In this document: piece after piece, positions 41,577 through 51,920 of the stretch | Position numbering within the stretch: position 1 is the stretch's first letter | How the letters are laid out: every line of letters starts with the position of its first letter | Source: an uncultured Actinomycetes bacterium | GTDB taxonomy: Bacteria > Actinomycetota > Thermoleophilia > UBA2241 | Reading direction: 5' to 3' | NCBI GenBank assembly: GCA_963755025.1 | Contig: CAVWIH010000021.1 | Location: forward strand, 17,784-81,783 | Length of the DNA stretch: 64,000 nucleotides | Made by a program: the position numbers and the translations under genes | Notes under the pieces: generated by a model | The model's input: only the letters and a program-made list of their open reading frames with translations | Databases searched by the model: none | What the model was told of the DNA's origin: nothing

Positions 41577-42170
41577 ATGACCGCAGCCGCCGAAGGGCCA
41601 CTCTCGCTCGAGGGCTTCATCTTCGAGACGAACCGCGACGGCACCCGCGCCATGCCGCTCGAGCAGTTCGCGGCCCTGGCGCTGCGGCTCGACCTGGACG
41701 ACGCCCTGGTGGGCGCGCACGTGCGCTTCTGCGACGACCACTACGCCCGCAACCTGATCTGCCGCACGACGCAGTTCGAGCTGCTCGTGCTGTGCTGGAG
41801 GCCGGGCCAGACCTCGACGATCCACGACCATGCGGGCTCGCTGAACGTCACCCGCGTGTACTCCGGCGATCTCACCAGCCGCGTGTTCCGGCGCCGCCAC
41901 GGCGGCAGCGGCGTGGCTACACCGGGCGGCGTGACCGGCGAGCTGCCCAGCGGCCCGGTCGACCTGGTCGACGAGCAGGTGCTCGCCGGCTCAGGCGCCG
42001 CCACGGTCGACCGCGGCGCGATCCACCAGCTCGGCAACTGGTCGCACGAAGGCCTGATCACCGTGCACCTCTACGCGCCGCCACTCACCGACATCGTGGT
42101 CTACTCGACCACTGAGGCGCACACCGAGGTGCAGCGCCTGCGGTACAGCCTGGCCGACGACTTCGCCTGA
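41577..42170 (+). CDS. Cysteine dioxygenase family (cupin)
   Basis: YARNLI, CW.PGQ.STIHDH, IHQ, VHLYAPP. Confidence 0.85.
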   Translation: MTAAAEGPLSLEGFIFETNRDGTRAMPLEQFAALALRLDLDDALVGAHVRFCDDHYARNLICRTTQFELLVLCWRPGQTSTIHDHAGSLNVTRVYSGDLTSRVFRRRHGGSGVATPGGVTGELPSGPVDLVDEQVLAGSGAATVDRGAIHQLGNWSHEGLITVHLYAPPLTDIVVYSTTEAHTEVQRLRYSLADDFA

Positions 42171-42320
42171 GGGGCGCGCCCGAGGGGGCACGCCCGCCCC
42201 CGCCGCCGCCGCCGGCGCGGCTCCCCGGTCCCGGCGGTCGTGCGCGCCGCAGCCGGCACGGTCGGTCGCGTAGCGCGCCTTATGGTTAGCGGCGTCGCGG
42301 ACCGGGGGTAGGATGCCGCC

Positions 42321-44286
42321 ATGACTCTGGGCGACCGCCACGAGCACGCCCACGCACAGGGGGAGCCCAGCCAGCGCCGATCCCGGCAGCGACCTGCGCT
42401 TCTCTCCCCGGCCCAACCGCGCCCACGAGATAGCCTGGCGCCCCTGGGGCCACGATGCCTTCGCCGAAGCCCGCCGTACCGGCAAGCCGGTGCTCCTCGC
42501 CATCTCGGCGGTGTGGTGCCACTGGTGCCACGTCATGGACGAGACGACCTACTCCGACCCGCGCGTGCTGGCGGCGCTCGCCGCCGACTTCGTGGCCGTG
42601 CGCATCGACAACGACCGGCGGCCCGACCTCAACCGGCGCTACAACATGGGAGGCTGGCCGACCGTCGCCTTTCTCACGGCCTCGGGCGAGATACTCACCG
42701 GGGCCACCTACCTGCCCCCCGACCAGTTCCTCACGGCGCTCGAACGGGTGCGCGACTACTACGCCGAGCACGGCGACGCCCTGCTCCGCGCGGCCGACGC
42801 CGACGCGGCGGCGCAGGGGGCGACAGACGAGAGCCCGAATGGAGCGGCGCGGGGGACGACAGGCGAGAGCGGCGGCGAGCGCGGCGCTACCGAGTCGCCC
42901 GCCGCGGCGCCTCTCGCGAGCGCGGCCGCCGCCGCGCCGGGCGGCGCATCGGCCGCCCACCCAGCCGCTTCTGTGCCCACCATCGACGCCGCGGCGGCCG
43001 CCGCCACGGTGCGCGCCGTCGCCACCCTCTACGACCCGCTCTACGGCGGCCTGGGCAGCGAACCCAAGTTCCCCCAGCCCGAGGCCATCGGCCTGCTGCT
43101 CACGGCTGGCGTGCGCGCCGGCGAGGAGCGTCTCGTGGCCATGGCCCGTCACTCGCTCGACGCCATGGCCGCCGGCGAGCTGCACGACCCCGTCGAAGGG
43201 GGCTTCTTTCGCTACGCCACGCGGCGCGACTGGTCGACGCCGCATTTCGAGAAGCTGCTCGACGACAACGCGCGGCTCGCTCTCCTCTACCTCGACGCCT
43301 TCGCCTGCACCGGTCACGCCGCCTACGCCGAGGTCGCGCTCGGCGTGGTGGCCTACCTCACGGCCGTGCTGGCCGCCCCCGACGCGCCCGTGTTCTTCGG
43401 CAGCCAGGACGCCGACGAGCACTACTACACCTGCGATGCCGCCGGCCGCCGTGCCCTGGCCGCGCCGCCGGTCGACCGCACGGTGTTCGTCGACGCGAAC
43501 GCGCTCGTCGCCCGCGCCCTGCTGCGCGCCGCCACCCTGCTCGACCGGCCCGACCTGCTCGCAGCCGCGCTGGCGGCGGTCGACGACCTCTGGCAGCGCG
43601 GCCACGGCCGCCACGCCATGACCCACTACCTGGGCGGCCCGATCGACGGCTTGCTGGCCGACCAGGCGAACATGACGGCGGCCCTGCTCGACGCCTACGA
43701 GGTCAGCGGCGAGCGTGCCTACCTGGCGCGCGCCCGGCGCGTCGCCGACTGGTCGCTCGAGCGCCTGCAGGCTCCCGACGGCAGGTTCACCGACCGGCCC
43801 CGGGTGTCCGGCGAGGCGCCCACCGGCGTGCGCGACGCGCCGCTCGAGGTGCTCGAGGGCGGCGCCGAGCTGGCCGACTGCCTCACCCGTCTCTCGGCCT
43901 TCAGCGGCGTGCCTACCTACCGCGAAGAGGCGGCGCGGTCGCTCGCGGCCTACCGGGTCGCGGCAGCCGAAGCCGGCCCGATGGCCGCGGCCTGGGCTCT
44001 CGCGGTCGTGCGCTTCGCGGAGCACCCCGCCCATATCGTCATCGTCGGGCGTCGCGGCGATGCGCAGGCCGGCGCGCTGCTGCGCGCCGGCCTGCGCATC
44101 GCCGAACCGCTGCGCTCGGTGCAGCTCCTCGACCCCGACGCCGACGCCGAGACGATCGCACGCGAGGGCTACACGCTGGGCGACGAGGGCGCGGCGGCCT
44201 TCGTCTGCCTGGGCGGCGTCTGTCTGGCCCCCACCTCCGACCCGGAGCGCCTGGCGGGCCTCGTGGCGGGTACGGCCGCCGACTGA
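42321..44286 (+). CDS. YyaL/DUF255 thioredoxin-domain protein (early frameshift; possibly leaderless)
   Basis: WCHWCHVM, GGWPT, PKFP, GGFFRY, PHFEKLL; TAGGAT -10 box 6 bp before ATG 42321. Confidence 0.88.
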
Positions 44287-44426
44287 GGGGCGCCGCGCTT
44301 GGCCTTCCCGGCGGTTTGCGCTCGGGAATAGTATCTGGCCGAGGGAAGTGACGACGGTGATCGGTCCGGGCGCGTGCGTCGGAAGCTGCGCGAGTCACGG
44401 ACTTCCAGACACGAAACGAGGTGCAC

Positions 44427-45062
44427 ATGCTCACGCTCTACCAGGCCGAATGGTGCCCGTACTGCCACCGGGTGCGGCAGGTGCTGACCGAGCTCGAGCT
44501 GTCCTACACCTGCGTCAACGTCCCCCTGGCGCGCGCCGATCGCGTCCAGGTACGCGAGGTCTCCGGGCAAGACGTGGTGCCGGTGCTCAAAGACGGCCGC
44601 AAGGTCATCGCCGGTTCCGACGAGATCATCGCGCACCTGCGCGAGCTCTACCCCGCGCCCGACGACGCCGAGGCGCACGCCGAGGTGGGCCGCTTCCGGG
44701 TGGCGCTCGAACTCGACGAGAGTCCCGACGAGGCGCTCGCCCTGCTGCGCGAGGCGTTCGCCACGACCGATATCCGCATCGTGAGCGAGACGCGCGGCTT
44801 CGAGCTCGGCGCCGACCACCTGCCCGAGGGCTACGTACTGGTGCAGGCCACCGTGGTCGAGGCGTTCGAGCAGGCCGTCGCGGTCGATCCCACGGTGCCG
44901 GCCGCGACCACGTTCTCGCTGGCCGTGTTCGCCGTCGACGGCGGCAGCGCGATCGCCGTGACCCGGCCCTTCGCCGAAGCGTGGCTCTACGGCGAGCCAG
45001 CCCTGAGCACGCTCACCATGGCGGTCACGCAGCGCGTCTACGAGGCGCTCGGCAAGCTTTGA
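44427..45062 (+). CDS. Glutaredoxin fused to a DUF302-like domain
   Basis: WCPYC, VPVL.D, SDEIIAHL, followed by a second alpha/beta domain. Confidence 0.75.
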   Translation: MLTLYQAEWCPYCHRVRQVLTELELSYTCVNVPLARADRVQVREVSGQDVVPVLKDGRKVIAGSDEIIAHLRELYPAPDDAEAHAEVGRFRVALELDESPDEALALLREAFATTDIRIVSETRGFELGADHLPEGYVLVQATVVEAFEQAVAVDPTVPAATTFSLAVFAVDGGSAIAVTRPFAEAWLYGEPALSTLTMAVTQRVYEALGKL

Positions 45063-45087
45063 CCGGCTGGAGACCTGGTACGTCGAT

Positions 45088-45197
45088 CGACTTCGTCGTC
45101 TCCGCTCAGACGGGCGCGACTATCGTCGCGCGTCTAGTGCCGGAAAACGACTACGTCGTTTCCGCTCAGACGGGCGTGACTTCGTCGCGCGTCTAGT
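45088..45197. repeat. Two ~50-bp palindromic repeat units (REP/BIME-like)
   Basis: Near-identical units at 45088-45138 and 45148-45197, each containing TCCGCTCAGACGGGCG and ending CGTCGCGCGTCTAGT. Confidence 0.75.
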
Positions 45198-46083
45198 CCC
45201 AGCGAAAGATGGCGGCGGCCAGCAGCGTCGTGGCCAGGCCGATGCCGCCCACGATCGTCGCCTGCAGCAGGTTGATGCCGTAGCCGTTCCACGGATCGAC
45301 GAGGCTGATGACCACGTGGTACAGCGGCAGCGCCTTGCCGAGCGCCACCATCCAGGGAGGCAGCTCCTCGAGCGGCGCGCTCGTGCCCGACACGAACAGC
45401 ATGATGAACCAGATCAGCAGGCCGACGCCCTGCGCGGCGCGCGCCGTGGGCGCCAGCGAAGCGATCAGCACGCCCAGAGCCGAGAAGGCGAACACGCCGG
45501 CCACGAAGCCGACGGCGACGCCGCCGATCGAGACCGGCACCACCACCCCGTAGGCGAAGATGCCCAGCACGCTGATGGCCAGGGCCCCGATCAGGCAGGT
45601 GCCCACGCCCACCAGGAACTGCGAGCCCAGCAGGGCCCACTCCGACACGCCCGAGGCGCGGTAGCGGCGCAGCACGCCGCGCTCGCGGTAGGTCGAGAGG
45701 TGGACCGGCAGCGAGACGGTGCCGATCGAGGCGATCACGAGGCCGATGTAGCTGGGCACGTACCAGTCCATCATCTTCAGACCGGCGTAGTCGCCGCCGC
45801 TCATGCGCTGGCCGCCGAAGATGCCGCCCAGCAGCACCAGCACGAGCACGGGGAAGGCGAACGAGAAGACGAGCGTCACCGGCTCGCGGATGAGGAGCTT
45901 GGTCTCGATCCAGGTCATGCGCAGCAGGACCTTGGCGGAGGCCACGGCCCAGCGCCAGGGCGCCGCCGCGACGGTGGCGGCCGCCGCGCGCGGCGCCGCG
46001 CCGGTCGTGGCGCTGCGGCGCGCCGCGTCGGCCTTGCCCGACGGGGGGTGCTGGGCGGGAGGCTGTTGGCGCTGCGCGCTCAT
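45193..46083 (-). CDS. ABC-2 type exporter permease
   Basis: RE.VTLVF, YRERGVLRRY, FVSG..P...LP.W; six TMs. Confidence 0.88.
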   Translation of the reverse strand: MSAQRQQPPAQHPPSGKADAARRSATTGAAPRAAAATVAAAPWRWAVASAKVLLRMTWIETKLLIREPVTLVFSFAFPVLVLVLLGGIFGGQRMSGGDYAGLKMMDWYVPSYIGLVIASIGTVSLPVHLSTYRERGVLRRYRASGVSEWALLGSQFLVGVGTCLIGALAISVLGIFAYGVVVPVSIGGVAVGFVAGVFAFSALGVLIASLAPTARAAQGVGLLIWFIMLFVSGTSAPLEELPPWMVALGKALPLYHVVISLVDPWNGYGINLLQATIVGGIGLATTLLAAAIFRWD

Positions 46084-47024
46084 TCGGCCATGACGTGCCC
46101 GGTGAGGCTGAGAAAGACGTCTTCGAGGGTGGGCGCCTCGACGTGCAGGTCGAGCGGCGCGATACCGTGCGCGACCAGCGCCGCGGCGACGTAGGCGAGC
46201 ACCGCGTCGCGGCCGTCGACGACCACCCGCGGCCCCTCGCGATGCACCGACTCGACGTCGCGCACGCCGTTCAGAAAGTCGAGGTCGTCGACGTCGGTGC
46301 GAAACACGACGCGCAGCCCGGCGGCGTGCTCGGCGACCAGGCCGCTGGGGCTGTCGAGCGCGACGACCTTGCCCTTGTCCATGACCGCGATGCGGTCGCA
46401 CAGGCGCTCGGCCTCTTCCATGAAGTGGGTGACCAGCACGACGGTGGTGCCGTGCTCGCGGATCTCGTGGATGAGCTCCCAGGCGACGCGCCGCGCCGCG
46501 GGGTCGAGGCCCGTCGTCATCTCGTCGAGAAAGACGACCTCGGGGTCGTTGACCACGGCCAGGGCGACGAACAGGCGCTGGCGCTGGCCGCCCGAGAGCG
46601 CGCTGAAGGCGGCCCTGCTCTTGTCGGCCAGGCCCCATTCGTCCATCACGGCGCGCCAGTCGCGGCCCCCCGGCGTGAGCGACGCGAACAGCTCGAGCGC
46701 CTCCCACACGCGGATGTGATCGGGCAGCGCCGCCTCCTGCAGCTGGCAGCCTATGCGGCGGCGCAGCTCGCGGGACTGGCGCACGGGGTCGAGGCCGAGC
46801 ACCGAGATCTCGCCGCCGTCGGCCTCGCGCAGGCCCTGCAGGCACTCGACGGTGGTCGTCTTGCCGGCGCCGTTGGGACCCAGCAGGCCGAAGATCTCGC
46901 CGCGAGCCACGGCGAACGTGGCGTCGCGCACGGCCGTGAACCCACGGTAGTTCTTTTGCACGTGGGACGCCGTGATGACGGCCTCACGGCCGTCGAGGTC
47001 GCGAAGATCGACTCGGGAAGGCAT
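46080..47024 (-). CDS. ABC exporter ATP-binding protein
   Basis: GPNGAGKT, LSGGQ, FLDEMTTGLDP, TLEDVF. Confidence 0.93.
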   Translation of the reverse strand: MPSRVDLRDLDGREAVITASHVQKNYRGFTAVRDATFAVARGEIFGLLGPNGAGKTTTVECLQGLREADGGEISVLGLDPVRQSRELRRRIGCQLQEAALPDHIRVWEALELFASLTPGGRDWRAVMDEWGLADKSRAAFSALSGGQRQRLFVALAVVNDPEVVFLDEMTTGLDPAARRVAWELIHEIREHGTTVVLVTHFMEEAERLCDRIAVMDKGKVVALDSPSGLVAEHAAGLRVVFRTDVDDLDFLNGVRDVESVHREGPRVVVDGRDAVLAYVAAALVAHGIAPLDLHVEAPTLEDVFLSLTGHVMAE

Positions 47025-47063
47025 TCCGTTCGCATGGTAGCACGGCGCGCCAGGGCCGGCTGT

Positions 47064-48052
47064 TTACGGCAGCAGGCCCTCGCCGCCCCACACGCCGAGC
47101 TTGCGGAAGCGCTCGCGACGCAGCAGGCGGCGCTCGCGCGGCAGCCATCTGCTCGAGCTCGGTCAGGGCCTCTTCGATGGCGTCGTGCACGCGGCGCGCG
47201 GCCGCTCTCGGGGTTCAGGTGCGCGCCGCCGCGGGGCTCTTCGATCACGCGGTCGATGATGCCCAGCGGCAGCAGCTGCGAGGCCGTGGGGCGCAGCGCC
47301 TCGGCGGCCTGCGGGGCGAACTCGGCATCGCGCCACAGGATGGCGGCGCAGCCCTCGGGCGAGATCACCGAGTAGACGGCGTTCTCCTGCATGAGCACGC
47401 GGTCGGCGACGGCGAGGGCGAGGGCTCCGCCCGAGCCGCCCTCGCCGATGAGGGTGGCCACGACCGGCACGCTGAGCCGCGCCATGGCGAGCATGGTCTC
47501 GGCGATGGCGCGCGCCTGGCCGCCCTCTTCGGCCGCCACGCCCGGGTAGGCCCCCGGCGTGTCGACGAAGGTGAGCACGGCCAGGCGGTGGCGTTCGGCC
47601 AGGGCGAACAGGCGCTGGGCCTTGCGGTAGCCCTCGGGCTTGGACATGCCGAAGTTGTGGCGCGTCTGCTCGTCGAAGGTGCGACCCTTCTGCTGGCCGA
47701 CGACGACGACGGCGCGCCCGTCGAACCAGCCCAGGCCGCCGATCACGGCGCGGTCGTCGGCCCGCAGGCGGTCGCCCTTGAGCTCCTCGAAGTCGTCGAT
47801 GAGCGCAGCGATGTACTCGCTGCTGCGCGGCCGGTCTTTGTTGCGCGCGATCTGGACGGTCAGCCAGGTATCGTGGCGGCGACGCTCATGCCGGCGGCTC
47901 TTCAGCAGGCCCTGGAGCCGCTCCGCTTCCTCCGAGAGGTTCACTCCCGGGATTCTTGAAAGCCGCCGCAACTCTTGAAGACGCGTAACGAGCCAGCCTT
48001 CGCGTGCGTCCGCCTCGGGATCGTGGTGATCCGTATCGTTCGGGTCCGTCAT
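47064..48052 (-). CDS. accA: Acetyl-CoA carboxylase carboxyltransferase alpha (3' frameshifts)
   Basis: NFGMSKPEGYRK, VDTPGAYPG, GEGGSGGA, YSVISPEGCA, EEP.GGAH; R.RKLG end in a shifted frame. Confidence 0.9.
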
Positions 48053-48881
48053 GTTGACCACCTCCCTTCAGCAGTCGGAGGTAGTTGCCCACTTTGTCTT
48101 TGAGCTCGGCCCGGGGCACGACGGCGTCGAGGTGGCCGAGCAGCAGGTTGCGCTCGGCGGTGCCGAAGTCGGCCGGCAGGGCCTCGCGCGTGGTCTGTGC
48201 GATGACCCGCGGCCCCGAGAAGTAGAGCAGCGCGCCCGGTTCGGCCACGCAGATGTCGGCGAGGCTGACGAAGCTCGCCACGACCCCGCCGGTGCAGGGG
48301 TCGGCCAGCACCGCGACAAAGGGCACGCGCGCCTCGTTCACGAGGTCGACGGCGCAGGTGGTCTTGGCCATCTGCATGAGCGAGAGCGCGCCCTCCTGCA
48401 TGCGGGCGCCGCCGGAGCTGGCCACGGCCACGAGCGGCCGGCCTTCGTCGGCCGCCGCCGCGGCGGCGCGCCAGAGCTTTTCGCCCACGACGCTGCCCAT
48501 ACTGCCGCCCATGAAGCCGAAATCGATGACGGCCAGCACGCTGGGCGTGCCGGCGATGGTGGCGGTGCCGGCGACGATGGCCTCGGTCAGGCGGCTCGCG
48601 CCCTGCGCCTCGCGCACGCGCTCGGGGTAGGGCTCGAGGTCGACGAACTCGAGGGGATCGAGGGTGCGCAGGTGGCCCCAGTACTCGACGAAGCTGCCGT
48701 CGTCGGCCAGCTGGCTGATGCGCTCACGGGCGCCGATGCGCTGGTGGTAGCCGCAGGCCGGACACACCGAGAGGTTGGCTTTGACCGCGGCCGGGTCGTG
48801 TTCGCTCGCGCACTTGCGGCACACCCAGCGCCGCTCCTGCGGCGCGCTCCCGCGCCGGGCGATCTCGACCGTGACGGTCAT
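47886..48881 (-). CDS. accD: Acetyl-CoA carboxylase carboxyltransferase beta (homology ends near 48070)
   Basis: CRKC...CPAC Zn ribbon, FMGGSMG, SGGARMQEG, TGGV.AS. Confidence 0.9.
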   Translation of the reverse strand: MTVTVEIARRGSAPQERRWVCRKCASEHDPAAVKANLSVCPACGYHQRIGARERISQLADDGSFVEYWGHLRTLDPLEFVDLEPYPERVREAQGASRLTEAIVAGTATIAGTPSVLAVIDFGFMGGSMGSVVGEKLWRAAAAAADEGRPLVAVASSGGARMQEGALSLMQMAKTTCAVDLVNEARVPFVAVLADPCTGGVVASFVSLADICVAEPGALLYFSGPRVIAQTTREALPADFGTAERNLLLGHLDAVVPRAELKDKVGNYLRLLKGGGQHDGPERYGSPRSRGGRTRRLARYASSRVAAAFKNPGSEPLGGSGAAPGPAEEPPA

Positions 48882-50128
48882 CAGCAGTAGCGCCGAAAGA
48901 CCAGCGTCGCGTTGTGGCCGCCGAATCCGAACGAGTTGGAGGCGGCCACGTTGACCGTCGCGGGGCGCGCCGTGTTGGGCACGTAGTCGAGGTCGCACTC
49001 CGGGTCGGGAGTGAAGAGGTTGATGGTCGGCGGAATGACGCCGCGCTCGATGGTGAGCACCGAGATGATGGCCTCGAGGGCGCCCGAGCCGCCCAGGCAG
49101 TGGCCGATCATCGACTTGGTCGACGAGATCGCCACCTTGCGGGCGTTGTCTTCGCCCAGGGCGAGCTTGATGACGCGCGTCTCGGCGATGTCGCCGGGCG
49201 GCGTGGAGGTGCCGTGGGCGTTGATGTAGTCGATCTCAGCGGAGTCGATGCCGGCCTCGTCGATGGCCATGCGCATGGCGCGGGCCTGGGTCTGGCCGGT
49301 CTCGTCGGGCAGCGTGAGGTGGAAGGCGTCGGAGCTCATGCCGTAGCCCACGACCTCGGCGTAGATGGTGGCCCCACGGGCCTCGGCGTGACGCAGCTCT
49401 TCGAGGACCATGATGCCGGCGCCCTCGCCCATGACGAAACCGTCGCGGTCGCGGTCGAACGGGCGGCTCGCCTTGTCGGGCTCGTCGTTGCGCGTGGACA
49501 GGGCGCGCATCGCGGCGAAGGCGGTGAGACCCACGTTGCAGACCGGCGCCTCGGCGCCGCCGGCGAACATGGCGTCGGCCGCGCCGCGGCGAATGATCTC
49601 GAAGGCGTCGCCGATGCCGTTGGTGCTCGCCGCGCAGGCCGTACAGACGGTCGACAGCGGCCCCTTGGTGCCCAGGCCCAGGGAGATCTGGGCGGCGGCC
49701 ATGTTGGGGATCATCATGGGGATGAACAGCGGGCTCATGCGGTCGTTGCCCTTGGTCCACAGCGTGTGGAGCTGGTCTTCGAAGGTGCCCAGGCCGCCGA
49801 CCCCGGTGGCCACCACGGCGCCCACGCGCTCGGGCTCTTTGCTCACGTCGAGCTGGGAGTGGTCCTGCGCCAGGATGGCCGCCGCCAGGGCGTACTGCGC
49901 GAACGGGTCCATGCGGCGCTGCGTGCGACGGTCCATGTACTCGAGCGGGTCGAAGTCGCGCACCTCGGCGGCGATGCGCACCGGCAGCGATGAGGCGTCG
50001 AAGTTATGGATGAGCCCGACGCCGGACTGGCCGGCGATCAGGCGGCTCCAAAAGCGGTCGATGTCGCAGCCGAGCGGCGACACAATGCCCATGCCGGTGA
50101 CGACGACTCGTCGGGGATCGTTGCTCAT
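48881..50128 (-). CDS. fabF: 3-oxoacyl-ACP synthase II
   Basis: TACAAS, NAHGTST, GHCLG, NSFGFGG. Confidence 0.95.
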   Translation of the reverse strand: MSNDPRRVVVTGMGIVSPLGCDIDRFWSRLIAGQSGVGLIHNFDASSLPVRIAAEVRDFDPLEYMDRRTQRRMDPFAQYALAAAILAQDHSQLDVSKEPERVGAVVATGVGGLGTFEDQLHTLWTKGNDRMSPLFIPMMIPNMAAAQISLGLGTKGPLSTVCTACAASTNGIGDAFEIIRRGAADAMFAGGAEAPVCNVGLTAFAAMRALSTRNDEPDKASRPFDRDRDGFVMGEGAGIMVLEELRHAEARGATIYAEVVGYGMSSDAFHLTLPDETGQTQARAMRMAIDEAGIDSAEIDYINAHGTSTPPGDIAETRVIKLALGEDNARKVAISSTKSMIGHCLGGSGALEAIISVLTIERGVIPPTINLFTPDPECDLDYVPNTARPATVNVAASNSFGFGGHNATLVFRRYC

Positions 50129-50183
50129 GTAGGACAGCTCCTCGTCTGAGTCGGCCGGACGACCACGGCCTTCAGGTTTGTCG

Positions 50184-50939
50184 TCAGATGCCGAGGCCGC
50201 CGTCGACCGGGAGTGTGCACCCGGTAATGTATCGCGACAGCGGCGATGCGAGAAAGAGCACGGCGTTGGCCACGTCGGCCGGCAGACCCATGCTGCGCAG
50301 GGGCGTGTTGTCGACGATGGCCTGCTTGACGTCGTCGGGCAACGCCTGGGTCATGGCCGTGTCGACGTAGCCCGGAGCTACGGCGTTCACCCGAATGGTG
50401 CGCGGCCCGAGCTCTTTGGCGAGCGACTTGGTGAGGCCGATGATGCCGGCCTTGGCGGCGGCGTAGTTGGCTTGGCCGGCGTTGCCACGGCGCCCCACGA
50501 CGCTGGCGATGTTGACGATCGAGCCGGTGCGGCGGCGCAGCATCTTGCGGGCCGCCGCCTTGGAGACCAGGAAGGTGCCGCGCAGGTGCGTGCGGATGAC
50601 GCCGTCGAACTCGTCGGCGCTCATGAGCATCACGACGTTGTCGCGCGTGATGCCGGCGTTGTTGACCACGATGCCGAGCGGGCCGAGGTCGGCTTCGACG
50701 CGTTCGATGGTGTCGGCCACGCTCTGCTCGTCGCCAACGTCGCCCATGACGTAGGTCGCGGCCACGCCCAGCGCCTCGATCTCGGCGACCACGGCGCGGC
50801 AGGCGTCTTCGTCGGCGAAGTCGTTGACCGCGACGGCGGCGCCGGCGGCCGCCAGCGTGAGCGCGATCTCGCGCCCGATGCCGCGGCCCGCGCCGGTGAC
50901 GAGCGCGATCTGGCCGCTCAGGTCGATGGACGTGGTCAT
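50184..50939 (-). CDS. fabG: 3-oxoacyl-ACP reductase
   Basis: TGAGRGIG, NNAGITRD, GNAGQANYAAAK. Confidence 0.93.
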   Translation of the reverse strand: MTTSIDLSGQIALVTGAGRGIGREIALTLAAAGAAVAVNDFADEDACRAVVAEIEALGVAATYVMGDVGDEQSVADTIERVEADLGPLGIVVNNAGITRDNVVMLMSADEFDGVIRTHLRGTFLVSKAAARKMLRRRTGSIVNIASVVGRRGNAGQANYAAAKAGIIGLTKSLAKELGPRTIRVNAVAPGYVDTAMTQALPDDVKQAIVDNTPLRSMGLPADVANAVLFLASPLSRYITGCTLPVDGGLGI

Positions 50940-51883
50940 CGGTGCGCCTCCCCCGTCGTGGCCCAGCCGCCCGCAAGCGCGGCGGCGAGCGTTGCGATAT
51001 CGCCCGCGCTCGCCGCGATGGCCTCACGGTCGATCCGTTTGACGAGACCGGTCAGCACCGCCCCCGGACCGACCTCGAGGTACGTAGTGTATCCCTCGGC
51101 CGCAAGACGGCGTATCGACTGCTCAAAACGCACCGGCGACACGAGCTGGCGCTCGAGCAGGGCGGCGAAGCCGTCGCGCTCGTACTCGCCGCTGCAGGTC
51201 GACAGAAAGTCGGGCTTGGGAGCCGCCCAGGCGGTCGCCTGGAGCGGACCGTGCAGCGCTTCGGCGGCGGCGGCGACGAGCGGTGAGTGAAAGGCGCCGC
51301 TCACGGCCAGGCGCACCACGCGGCGCGCGCCGGCCGCCTTGGCGGCCTCTTCGAAGGCCGGCGCCGCGTCTGCGGCGCAGCTCACCACGACCTGTCCGGG
51401 ACCGTTGAAGTTCGCCGGCCAGACCGAGTCGAGGCTGCGGCAGAGCTCGCCGACCGCGTCGGCGTCGAGCCCCAACACCGCCAGCATGAGGCCGGGGTGC
51501 TGCGCGGCGGCGGCCGCCATGGCCTCGCCGCGCACCTTGACGAGCGACACGGCGTCGCGAAAGCCCAGGGCGCCCGTGGCGACCAGCGCCGAATACTCAC
51601 CGAGGCTGTGGCCCAGGGCCGCGTCGAACTCGAGCCCACCCTCTTGCAGCATGCGCAGCGCGGCCACCGAATGGGTGAGCAGCGCCGGCTGGGTGACCTG
51701 GGTGCGGGCGAGCTCTTCGAGCGGCCCTATGCGACAGACGCCGGTCAGGTCGTAGCCGAGCACCTCGCTGGCCTCATCGAAGGTGGCGTGCGCGACCGCA
51801 GAGGCGTCGTAGATGTCGCAGCCCATGCCCATCGCCTGCGAGCCCTGACCGGGGAACAGGAGCGCTTTCACAGGCGCTCCCAT
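50936..51883 (-). CDS. fabD: Malonyl-CoA:ACP transacylase
   Basis: FPGQGSQ, GHSLGEY, SGAFHS. Confidence 0.95.
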   Translation of the reverse strand: MGAPVKALLFPGQGSQAMGMGCDIYDASAVAHATFDEASEVLGYDLTGVCRIGPLEELARTQVTQPALLTHSVAALRMLQEGGLEFDAALGHSLGEYSALVATGALGFRDAVSLVKVRGEAMAAAAAQHPGLMLAVLGLDADAVGELCRSLDSVWPANFNGPGQVVVSCAADAAPAFEEAAKAAGARRVVRLAVSGAFHSPLVAAAAEALHGPLQATAWAAPKPDFLSTCSGEYERDGFAALLERQLVSPVRFEQSIRRLAAEGYTTYLEVGPGAVLTGLVKRIDREAIAASAGDIATLAAALAGGWATTGEAHR

Positions 51884-51920
51884 GGACTCACCGCGAGGCT
51901 GTCGGCCGGTTGCGCGGCCC

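Noticed and set aside
42313-42330. ATG-CCG-CCA-TGA in frame with yyaL (possible selenocysteine readthrough)
   Set aside because: The TGA is not at a catalytic Cys position (CHWC is intact). A leaderless start at 42321 plus an indel is simpler.
45088-45197. Possible mini-CRISPR
   Set aside because: Only two units with a 9-bp spacer, and no cas genes.
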